From: Antedon mediterranea
Lineage: Eukaryota > Animalia > Echinodermata
Assembly: GCF_964355755.1 (NCBI RefSeq)
Contig: NC_092673.1
Location: forward strand, 24,611,648 to 24,675,647
Direction of reading: 5' to 3'
DNA: 64,000 bases
Shown: piece by piece, positions 53,809 through 64,000 of the stretch
How positions within the stretch are numbered: position 1 is the stretch's first letter
Layout: each line of letters opens with the position of its first letter
Notes under the pieces: model-generated
Database searches by the model: none
Told to the model about the DNA's origin: nothing
The model's input: only the letters and a program-made list of their open reading frames with translations
Position numbers and translations under genes: made by a program

Positions 53809-53928
53809 ATGTGGATGAATGTAGGATTGCAAATACATGCCCTGCTGACGTTGGTTGTACCAATACGATTGGCAGCTACAATTGCGAGTTTACTGGCGAA
53901 TTATTCGACAGTAGGAACTTTGGCAAGG
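53809..53928 (+). CDS. NPDC1: NPDC1-like exon 5, calcium-binding EGF-like (DVDECRIANTCPADVGCTNTIGSYNCEF...)
   Basis: DVDEC and CxNxxGSYxC cbEGF signatures; 120 nt, phase 1-1. Confidence 0.85.
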
Positions 53929-54222
53929 GTATGAACTATTTGAGTTAAAACCAATCAATGGGCTCAAATCCTGTGACAAAAAAAAACAATCCAAATCCAC
54001 TCCCAAAGATATAAGATTTGTTCATGTAGAGCATCTTGTCTATATATGTTTGTCATGTGGAAAATGAATGAACTCACGGATGATAAAAAAAACATTAATA
54101 AATAAAATCAATGTACACATTTAAATCCAACTAAATATACAATAAATATATAAATAAAAATAAGAATATTGGAAATGAATGCAAAACAAATAAAAAAACT
54201 CTTAAAATAATGTTTTATCTAG

Positions 54223-54429
54223 AAGTGAATGTGGCTGCTCAAGTTGATAGACGGGCTGATGGAGGCGATGGTGGTGGCGGTGGTGATAGCGGAGGAGGTG
54301 GCGGTGGTGGTGGTGGAGGAGGACCACCACCACCACCAGTACCTGGAAATGTAGCGCCAGCACCTGTAAATAACCATCATCAGAAGACAGCAAGTGGAGA
54401 GATTGTTCTGACAAACTGGCAATTTATAG
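54223..54429 (+). CDS. NPDC1: NPDC1-like exon 6, Gly/Pro-rich juxtamembrane stalk
   Basis: TTTTATCTAG acceptor and TAG|GTAGGT donor, 207 nt, phase 1-1; runs into the TM helix (LTNWQFI). Confidence 0.8.
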
Positions 54430-54679
54430 GTAGGTTTTTAGATTGTCTTTAGGTCTAGTGACAAATGAGATATTAGGAAGACCTTTGCAATGGACTCACA
54501 GAGTTAGTTGTCATTTTGAAATTAAATAGGAGAGGAAGTCTTATAATAGGTGGAGAAAACACACATATACAGTCGAGGGGTGCAAGCTCTGCGAGAGATG
54601 GTTTGAGGATGGTGTCATTGCGGACACCCTTTGACATACACTGGAGTGGAGTTGTGGATTGGTGGTTATGATGCTTGGC

Positions 54680-55407
54680 TATCACTCCAAGGGCCTGTTC
54701 GTAGGGGTTGAAAATACCAGCTTATTCCCGATTTCCGTTCGCGTGATCCAATTAACTTTTGCCTCAGGCTACAAAAAATTCGAGGTAAAATGTTCACCAA
54801 ATTTGCAGGTTATTTCAGCGATAATCCAATTATACTCGGCCTTCGAGGATAATAAGTCTCCGATAGAGGCAATGTGTCAAATTTTGACAAACGTTCGCTG
54901 CCTAGGCCCGTCATTTCTCCTACGAAGCTCTTCCATACACGCTTCGAGAGCGATCGTCAGCTGGTGCTGTCCTTGTTGGTGTAGACCGCTTAGTAGGCCT
55001 AGCTGGTCGGGGAGCCGCTGGTCGGTGGTGTTTCCGTCGTGTAACATTGGGCTCAAATTCTTCGTCAATGAGTAAAATAATGGTCGTCAGGAGAAGGCAT
55101 ATTTCGGCAGGATTATCGGCGTTAAGAGGCATAAGGTTTGTCGCAAGGATAAGCAGTGTAAAAGGTAACAAGTAATTGTTATTGTAAAGAAAGATCGCGA
55201 GTAAAAAATATACAACACGAAACTAGCGTGCGAAAATGGGGTCGTAGGTTGTAAAGACAACTGACCTTAAAACGTAATTTCCGGTTTGTGATTCGTCGAT
55301 TAAGCATTTAAGCGGTTAAATATTTCAAGTACGAACAACGCTCAATTTATAACCCGAGGCATGGGTGAAATTAAGCGCTTATTTTAACCACCGTACGAAC
55401 ATGACCC
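54680..55407 (-). mobile_element. Putative Harbinger 5' end with a decayed transposase N-terminus
   Basis: Terminus GGGTCATGTTC resembles the TIR at 18044. CpG-rich; minus-strand FTSNFL*PEAKVNWITRTEIGNKLVFSTPTNRPL loosely resembles the HARBI1-type N-terminal motif. No partner TIR found. Confidence 0.4.
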
Positions 55408-56812
55408 AAGGGTCCTGGGTGTCAAGTCCTGTCACATGTCAGGATTTTTTTCTAGGAACAACATTACAACTCCACTCCCAAAGACTTGTAATAAGACTTT
55501 GTTTATGTAGAGCATCTTGTGTATGTTTGTCTTGTGAACCTATGGTATGAGGGTCCCTAATGATCAGCAATTGCTGGATGGATCACCCTCATTAAATATG
55601 GTCAATACACAAGTTAACATCTTTCACCAGAAAAGTCTGTTCTAACTTTTTATCCTGAGTTATAAACAGAACATAACACCACATACAGTACCTCCAGTGT
55701 AACTCAAATGTCTTATTTAAAAGTGCACCATGCATACAGACATTTCTACCTTATATTTTATTATGTGAAATGAGCTGAAAGCCATTGTTTATTGAAATAA
55801 AAGAAATAAAGATCTATTCAATTTTGCCAAGGTCAATACTCAAAACCTTGACCTATTCAATTGGAAAGTAAACTCATTTTTGCTGTCTAATAATACAATA
55901 GATTAGAACTGAAAGAATAATCTATTGCAATTCAGCATGGTATAGGTTTATTTCATGGTCTTATATAAAGCTTTATCAAATTTGTTTAGGCTTTACATAC
56001 CTTTCCTAACTCTATATTATTACACATGTTGCACTACTACTACTATAAACCAGATTTCCTATAAGGACTTTACGGTGTTAAATATCGGAATTATATTGCA
56101 TGAAGGGGAGTCTTCCCAATGAACCTGGCAAGGGACAGCACTAATATGCCTGGTAACATTTTAGTTTTCTTGTTATTTTTACAGTTAGGATTAAAACTAC
56201 TATAACAAGCCAGTTCGAGCATTGTTGTTGCATAAAGCATGACCATGTCCTTGATTCTGAACCTAAACCTTTGTAGATCCTACCCACTAACATTTATTTC
56301 TCACTCTTGTCTTGTTGTCTAGTTGGCATATTAATCATATACAGTAGAACCCACAGGCCTAAATTTTTCCCGCATAGGGATTGGCCGTAGCGTTAAAACA
56401 TTGGCTCCCCTCTCTCCCCCTCTGTTTGTTTCATGGGAAATGTCCCCTTAATAGGGATGCCCTATTCGACTATACTGTAAGGTACTATTTTGTAAGGTAA
56501 GGCTAAGTCAGTCAGATGTTTTGCGCCCTACTCTGACATAATTGTACTGCATGCTTTACATTCCAAAAAGTGTGAATCAAACCCATAACCGGAAGATCAC
56601 TAGCCTGGTGTTCATACCTCTAGACCACCAAGTTTGCACTGATAACTAGGGTTGGTCTGATGGCTAGGGCCGGATTTAAGCTAAAAGAAGGAGTAGGTAC
56701 TGTACCAATAATATAATAGAAAATTATTATATAATTATCATTACATGAATTTTTTTCTTTATTCTTGTTGTATAATAATGATATCCATCCATTTTGTGTT
56801 GTATCTTTTCAG

Positions 56813-56879
56813 TGATAATTGCTAGTTGTGTTGTGGTAGGCGTTTCGGGTATAGCAGTCGCTGTCCTTTGCTGGTACAA
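56813..56879 (+). CDS. NPDC1: NPDC1-like exon 7, transmembrane helix (VIIASCVVVGVSGIAVAVLCWY)
   Basis: Matches the recalled NPDC1 TM segment LILAFCVAGAAALSVASLCWCR; CTTTTCAG acceptor and AA|GTAAGT donor (phase 2). No downstream cytoplasmic exons found in the window. Confidence 0.85.
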
Positions 56880-57136
56880 GTAAGTAATCATTATCCATGT
56901 TTTAAATTCTGGCTTGAAACTGAATGTCTTTTTCTTTAATAAATAAAACAAAAATGTATTTAATACGATACAAATTTCTGAAATTCAACCCAAAAATAAT
57001 CTGCAGTAATGTACTGAGTTACTAGAATTTCACATTTTTGTATTTAAATAAAAACAATGCAGCAGGAAAATCAGATGCAATTGAAAACAAGCAAACTAAT
57101 ATTTTTGTTATTACTTGCTGTAATACGTGGTTCTTA

Positions 57137-57280
57137 AGCTCTGTCTACACTATCCAAATAACTGATGCGGCCAAATATGGCGGTGACATGCACAATTATG
57201 GTAGTGATATGACATCATCATGTCCATATATGGGCACATCACATTTTTGTCACATAAAATTTGATAGCGTAGACAGAGCT
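57137..57280 (+). mobile_element. MITE family A copy with TTA TSD
   Basis: TTA-AGCTCTGTCTACAC...GTAGACAGAGCT-TTA. Confidence 0.85.
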
Positions 57281-57967
57281 TTAGGATTTTTACTTTCCTA
57301 GTAGTGCAACTATTACCTATGTCGGCCTGACATTTTGTGTTGCTTCTCCACATACATGTACATGTTTTAGGCTTTTATTAGGCAAGCATCCGGATTGTAC
57401 AAGGAAGTCATCACAGGGCACATTTTTAATACATGTGTAAAAAAGGTTTTATTTGGTGATCTACAATATATCATATTTCATTTTATTCCTTTTTACATAG
57501 CGCTTTACAAAATGGTACAGACAACATCAAAAGGAAAACAGATTTGTTATATTACTTGTGCACTATGAACTCGTTTTTTTTCTGGTGCATGTTACTTAAT
57601 ACTGTTACTAAACCTATAACTATTTACATTTCAGTTAATTGGCTAAATGACCATTAGGCCTAGCGATCCAGGGTTCTATTTAACCAAACCTTGTACAGAT
57701 CATTAATTGCAACATCACTTTGATCTACAATTTACAATGTTGAATTGTGTGGGCTGTGTAGAATTATAGTAACAGTGTAAACAAAGTCCAGTGCTTAGAC
57801 AAATTTGTTTTTTTTATACACTTACGGTAATGAAATATCTCGTTCTTATCCATTCCTTAAAAAAACATTTTCTTCTTTAGTACAAGTAATGTATATTATT
57901 ATAAACATGGTGAATATCCATAATGTAGGATAAAACATACATAAAGGTTCTAATAATGGCAAATATT

Positions 57968-58190
57968 TTATTTTATTATTATTATTATTATTATATCAAA
58001 ATTTATAAAGCGTCAATTCAAAGACCGAGGTACAAAATCAAAGGCGCTGGGCATGTTAGTGGTCGAAAAAATGAGTTTTGAGCAATTTTTTAAATAAATA
58101 AAGCAACAGAAGAGCAGTGTTTAATTTGTGGGGGAGTGAATTCCAGAGTGTGGGTGCTGCAAAAGAAAACGATCTATGACCAAAGGTTTT
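57968..58190 (-). mobile_element. L2 LINE 3' end
   Basis: Minus strand FGHRSFSFAAPTLWNSLP...FKKLLKTHFF followed by a (TAA)n tail. Confidence 0.8.
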
Positions 58191-58974
58191 AGGGGCTATG
58201 CTTGACTGGATTTAAATCTATCTAGAGGTATCGCAGCCTTTTTTGCATGGTAACAGCAGTAATAGTTTATTGTCGGGGAATGTGTTATATGTGTTTTAAA
58301 GCGTAATTTCAACCCATCACATACTATGTGCATATTGTATTAATACAACACAGAAAATTATTGTCATTTTCTCAACAAGATCTGTGGTGATACAAAATAT
58401 TTCAATCCATCCAAATCAAAACTTTTTGATCAAACACTTTTTTTAAAACATTTGTTAACATTTTCCTAAGATATTTTCTTATCATCCATTACTGCTACTG
58501 TTTTTGATTGAAGGTTTCAATGTCGATTGATTTGACATTATTATAGCCATCTATGAGATGTTTTTGCCGTTTGTTTATAGTCAATGATAAACCATTTCAC
58601 ACGTTTTCACATTTTATGTCAGCTTCATTGCTCATAGGTGACTAATATTTCATATCGTCAATGTAGTGAAGTAATATAATTTACTACTCTTTAAATTTAT
58701 GCGAGTATTCATTTTCAGTTATAAATTACTCTTATTTTTCAAGTTCATGCGTTTTAAAATTAATTGTTGTATTTAATTAATTTTTAATAGTATATCATTA
58801 GTATAAATATGGGATAGAGGTTGTGTAGATAGAAACAGCATAAAGTAATTTTGTTATATTGATGTAAGCTAAATGATTTAATACAGGTATGACCCAAAGA
58901 AAATAAATACATATACATTAGAGGCACTCATCAGCTTAATAACCAATAGACTGAAGTCCAGTATATACAATGAT

Positions 58975-59900
58975 CACTCAAGCAATGGATGTAGTTGTGG
59001 ACCGTGAAGTTGTAGACTGCGGAATCAAGGACCGTGTAATTAAAAACCAAGCAATGGATGTAGTTGTGGACCGTGAAGTTGTAGACTGCGTAATCAAGGA
59101 CCGTGTAATTCAAAACCAAGCAATCGATGTAATTGTGGACCGTGTAGTTGAGCACCGTCTAGTTGAGGACCATGTAATTGTAGACCACGTAATCAAGGAC
59201 GTGCAATTAAGAAGCAATTGGTGTAATTGTGGACCGTGTAGTTGTAGACCGATTAATCAAGGACCGTGTAATTAAAGACCAAGCAATGGATGTAATTGTG
59301 GACCGTGTAGTTGTAGACCGCATAATCAAGGACCGTGTAATTAAAGACCAAGCAATGGATGTAATTGTGGACCGTGTAGTTGAGCACCGTCTAGTTGAGG
59401 ACCGTGTAATTGTAGACCACGTAATCAAGGACGTGCAATTAAGGATCAAGCAATGGGTGTAATTGTGGACCGTGTAGTTGTAGACCGTTTAATCAAGGAC
59501 CGTGTAATTAAAGACCAAGCAATGGATGTAATTGTGGACCGTGTAGTTGTAGACCGCATAATCAAGGACCGTGTAATTAAAGACCAAGCAATGGATGTAA
59601 TTGTGGACCATGTAGTTGAGCACCGTCTAGTTGAGGACCGTGTAAATGTAGACCACGTAATCAAGGATGTGCAATTAAGGACCAAGCAATGGATGTATTT
59701 GTGGACCGTGTAGTTGTAGACCGTTTAATCAAGGACCGTGTAATTAAAGACCAAGCAATGGATGTATTTGTGGACCATGTAGTTGTAGACCGCATAATCA
59801 AGGACCGTGTAATTAAGGACCAAGCAGTGGATGTAATTGTGGACTGTGTAGTTGAGGACTGCGTAGTTGTAGATCGCTGTGTAATTGAAACCTTGTAATT
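58975..59900. repeat. Hierarchical minisatellite: 15-bp monomer, 69-bp unit, about 236-bp higher-order repeat x about 4
   Basis: GACCGTGTA(A/G)TTGT(A/G) monomers; the 14-bp marker monomer recurs at 59198, 59430 and 59666. Confidence 0.95.
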
Positions 59901-60556
59901 GAACATTTAGTGTCTTCCAACTGGATTTTTCTGGCGCTCTATTTTGAAAGTTTTAAAACATTAACATTAAGACATCTTTCCAATACATTTTAAACCCAGT
60001 GCTTTATAAGAAATCCAATTTTATTAGATGACCACGTTCTTCATCTAATGAAGTAAAGAGTGTTTATGGATATCAAGATCAAAGTATTCATAATATATGC
60101 ACAAATACGCTATACAGTAATTGTTTAAACTTTATCTACATTGAGCTTTTTAATTCAGATCCTTAAAATATGGTACTTCGCTAGCTTGCATCGTGTTGCA
60201 CATAAATAATAATGAAGAAATCCAATTAAGGTTTTGGCCCAGAGCCAATTGTTCTAGAATTTGGTATTCTAAATGTCAGAGGTGAAGAAATAGCGTATCG
60301 CGTTGTTATTATTAATAATCCTGCGATTTAGTTTTTAAGCTTGGACTAACGCAATCTTGATTACATTTTATACCATCTTAAATGTTTTATATTGAACCTG
60401 AAAATTGAATTCATTCAAAATTGAATCTACTGATATTGTCAATTTTCTGCATTTGTCCATAATAGTTTGATACTCAATACTTTAAAAAAGCCATTAAGAA
60501 AAAAACTTTGTTTTAACTAGAAATGTACGAAAATATATATAGTAATGTAACCATAG

Positions 60557-60642
60557 AGCTATATCTACACTATCAACATATTATGTATTTATTTATGGGC
60601 ACATTTTTTTGTTACATAAAGTTTGATAGTGTAGACAGAGCT
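60557..60642 (+). mobile_element. MITE family A, internally deleted copy
   Basis: Both ends retained; ends GTGTAGACAGAGCT-TAA. Confidence 0.75.
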
Positions 60643-60981
60643 TAAGACTAAATATAGGCAGAGATTTATGAAAGATCAATTCATCATTGCAAAACTCTCA
60701 ACCAAACCGGCCATCGCTATCGTACCAAAAACTATACAAAACTACCACTGCTGAGTTAGAATACCACTCGGCTAAATTATTGGAAAAAAAAAAACAATCA
60801 ATGACTTGCCAATTGTCATGCAACACAAATATTTTATAAATTGTATCTTCTCGTATCTGCAACTGACAACCCGTTGAGGTAGACAATAATTAAACTACAT
60901 TGTTGCAAAAGACGTCACAACTAATGACTTCCAAATGTTAATGACAGCATGGAGCAAAAACTTTTAGTTCTCCTTGATGAC

Positions 60982-61335
60982 AGGAAATGTGAGAAACAGA
61001 ATTGTTGTATCTGACATTAAAAATATTAATTTAAAGCAGCATATAACATAGTGCCTTGAGCACTTTGGTGAATATGTGCTAAACAAATCTTATTATTATT
61101 ATTATTATAGCAAAACGTATTAATAAATCTTATAATAAAAAATCAGGTTATATAACTTTCAAGAAAACTGGAAATGTTAGAAACAGAATTGTTGTATACA
61201 ACATTGCAAATATTAATTTGAATCAGAATATAAAATAGTGCCTTGAGCCCTTTGGTAAATATATGCACTAAACAAATTGTATTATTATAACAAAACTTAT
61301 TAATAAATCTTATAATAAAAAATCACGTTATATAA
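60982..61335. repeat. Tandem duplication of about 185 bp containing a SINE/LINE tail
   Basis: GGAAATGT.AGAAACAGAATTGTTGTAT...AGTGCCTTGAGC...TATAATAAAAAATCA occurs twice. Confidence 0.85.
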
Positions 61336-63007
61336 GAAAGCTGACGTAAACACATTTCTGAGAATCTTCTGAAAATAGTTTTTAGTTTACAACCATGTTT
61401 TGCAGCGTCTTTTTATTGCGATTATCATGAACCATGTTTAGGAGGAATACTTTATGGTTGAACAAGCTATGCTAAAATTACTACGATATATATTACCTTT
61501 TTGTGTTTATAGTCTTTTAGAATAAAATAAATTGAAATGTGGTTCACTACTTCATACTGACACTGATTACATTTATAATTTTAAACAGCATACAGCACTC
61601 AACTGTGCTCAATATATTTTTACTTTTTTCTGACAATTTTTATAGGACGATGAGGCCTGAAATATGTAAAAGGAAATGTGCTATCATTGAATATTTTGTA
61701 TTTACCTACTTTGTAACTACCTACTTCACAGTTCTTCACTATTTTTTATGTCATTGTAATTTCCCACAACTTTAAAACATACAATCTTACAGTGGTTTGA
61801 GTTTATTTTTAACAAATTGATTGAAGCTTTAGTTTGCGAGAATGCACGATTAATGAATTCCGCTCCCTGTATATAGATAAAAAGCAAAGAAGTTTTTTAC
61901 ATTTTATTAGTATTTGAATGCAGTGGTATGCTTCCATTACATTGATAATTTATACAAATGTTTTATATCATTTTTAAAATTATCTTTTTTTACTTATAGT
62001 CCTGAACTTATATAGATTTGGATTATAGATTCTTCCATACAATTCCATAATAACAGTGTTATGTAAGTGCCATATTATTATTACGGTATAGTTCGCATGA
62101 TCACAATCAAACAATTATCGTAAAAAAACTACACAATGTTTATCAATCTATACTGTGGTCTAGATTCGATTCAACTTGTTAGAATATTGTAATATGAGAA
62201 TGTACACTAATTTGAACTAATTTAGTATTTATTTCCCTATTCTGCAAAAACACAAATTAATAACTTGCAATTGTGTAAAGAGCTTGAGACCTTACGGAGT
62301 AAATAATGTTACTATCTGAAACTAAAAGTTTTAAAATAATTAATTGAAAATGTAATAAATACACCCAAGTAGTAATTTTACAAAAACTTGTAGGATTGTG
62401 TTTGGATTTATCATTGAGGTGTTATAGATTGGCTAGAGAGCCAACTTCAATAAAAAAAAAAGGTGATTCATCATGGAATGTGGTTGCTTAAATTAGATAC
62501 TTGAAGTCACCCACCCCATTCACGCACCACTATGCCACATTGAAAATTCTTAAATAAATGATATATTAATAATAATAATTATACATTTTCAATGTGATTT
62601 TACAAAAAAAATATATTTTGATTTATGTTTTTGTCATTAAGTTTTAGATTTTTACTGTGCTATTAAGTAATTGTTTTTTTCTATACAGTGGACCCTGTTG
62701 GCATATACTTCACTGCCATCTCTCTTAACCAATCTATAATACCCTATTCAATGTGTCATGTCAATCTATCCCACAATTCCAAAGCCTTTAGAATGTTTTA
62801 TAGTATGAATTATTTAAAAGATCATGAAAATTATTAATGATCCCTAATAAATCGTTGTACATACGTGAAGTTAATAAATTAAATTACAGTTGCAGTTGTT
62901 AATCATCCAATTAGAGATTATTTTTTTCTCAAAATAACTAGGTAGTCAATTCACTTGCCAACTTTGATAATATATTTTAACATTTTTAAATACTAAAAGT
63001 TATATAT

Positions 63008-63250
63008 CAACCAAGTTTAGCTTATACTCAACAAAGTTTAGCTTATACTCAACAAAGTTAAGCTTATATTCGACAAAGTTTAGCTTATACCCGACAAAAT
63101 TTAGCTTATACTCGACAAATTTTAGCTTATATTATACTCTACAAAGTTTAATTATACTCAACAAAGTTTAGCTTTAAATATTATACTCTACAAAGTTTAG
63201 CTTATATTATACTCTAGCTTATACTCGATAAAGTTTAGAATATACTCAAA
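63008..63250. repeat. About 21-bp minisatellite (CAACAAAGTTTAGCTTATACT)n
   Basis: About 11 diverged copies are visible. Confidence 0.9.
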
Positions 63251-64000
63251 CAAGTGTACTAGTACAGTTAAATCAAATGTTAGTATAGTGCAAATGCTGG
63301 TAGTAATAGTATGGAATCCATCAATCATTTTATTTTATAGACAAAAAAAAAACCATTTTGGTCAATCTTTTATGTAATATAAATACATAAATGTCAAAAT
63401 TGAATTACACAAACAATTCTTCCTAGCAATCTTGCCAATTATATTCCTATTTTTAAAATGGCTGCTTCCATGCGCATATTGTAAAAATTGTATTTTTGTT
63501 GGAGTACAGTTACTCCTTTTTAACATCCTCCATTAAAGGAGTTATCCAAAATGATGAATTAAAAATTACCAAAGATGTTATACTAAAAGTAGATAACCGT
63601 TGCACTAATCAAGACATTTTATGCCAAAAGTTTTTAAATGATCTGCTTCTATGCGCCATTATAACATTCTGCATAGGAGTGACAAGATTCCTTTGTTGGT
63701 ACAATTACTCTTTTTGGGAAGCATGGTCTGTGTGTACATACAATTGTCCAATGAGATCTTGTATTAAAACAGAATGTTTAGCATTTGAACCTTGTACTCA
63801 CTTAATTAAAAATGAACAAATTAGATTGAGCATCTTGCTCAAATGTCAATAATTGTTGCGAACCTACGATATTTAGAAGCTTCAGATGTTAAGCAAAGTT
63901 AAAATTGATATAAATCATGATGGAAATGACGTTATTGACTCTATTTTTCAATCTAAATAATGGTTAAAAGAGTCGCTTTATATGAGAGAATTATGTCTTA

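Noticed and set aside
54202-54422. Minus-strand ORFs with poly-Trp/Thr or poly-His/Val
   Set aside because: They are antisense shadows of the Gly/Pro-coding exon, which has proper splice sites on the + strand.
57501-57620. Next NPDC1 exon after the TM helix
   Set aside because: The acceptor is plausible, but the translation lacks NPDC1 cytoplasmic motifs (for example MYHYQHQ). None was found up to 64000.
58975-59900. Metallothionein-like or selenoprotein reading (GPCNC repeats with TGA at Cys-equivalent positions)
   Set aside because: The same frame also has repeated TAA stops and frame breaks, and no SECIS or splice support is seen.
63496-63852. 118-aa ORF
   Set aside because: Non-ATG start, no recognisable domain and no convincing splice signals, like most short ORFs in the track.

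Overview
AT-rich, intron-rich animal genomic DNA, probably a marine invertebrate deuterostome (inferred from the Deu/Nin-type SINE and the gene content). Three + strand genes lie head to tail. (1) The last four coding exons of an STKLD1 orthologue (1-8554). (2) A largely single-exon helical/coiled-coil gene broken by one apparent +1 frameshift (about 14036-15256). (3) An NPDC1/cab-1 family type I membrane protein gene: seven phase-compatible exons from 16110 to 56879, a 31.4 kb intron, and the cytoplasmic exons presumably beyond the window. Unlike vertebrate NPDC1 as I recall it, its ectodomain carries a split calcium-binding EGF module and a poly-Gly/poly-Pro hinge. The introns hold many PIF/Harbinger MITEs and deletion derivatives, Tc1/mariner-like MITEs that seed 17-bp minisatellites, SINEs, L2 LINE remnants, and three Penelope-like remnants with hammerhead ribozyme motifs, one of them a young insertion with an inverted pseudo-LTR. 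Most entries in the ORF track are spurious. I found no prokaryote-type system (CRISPR, operon) and no proven novel system. All homology calls come from recalled motifs, not database searches.
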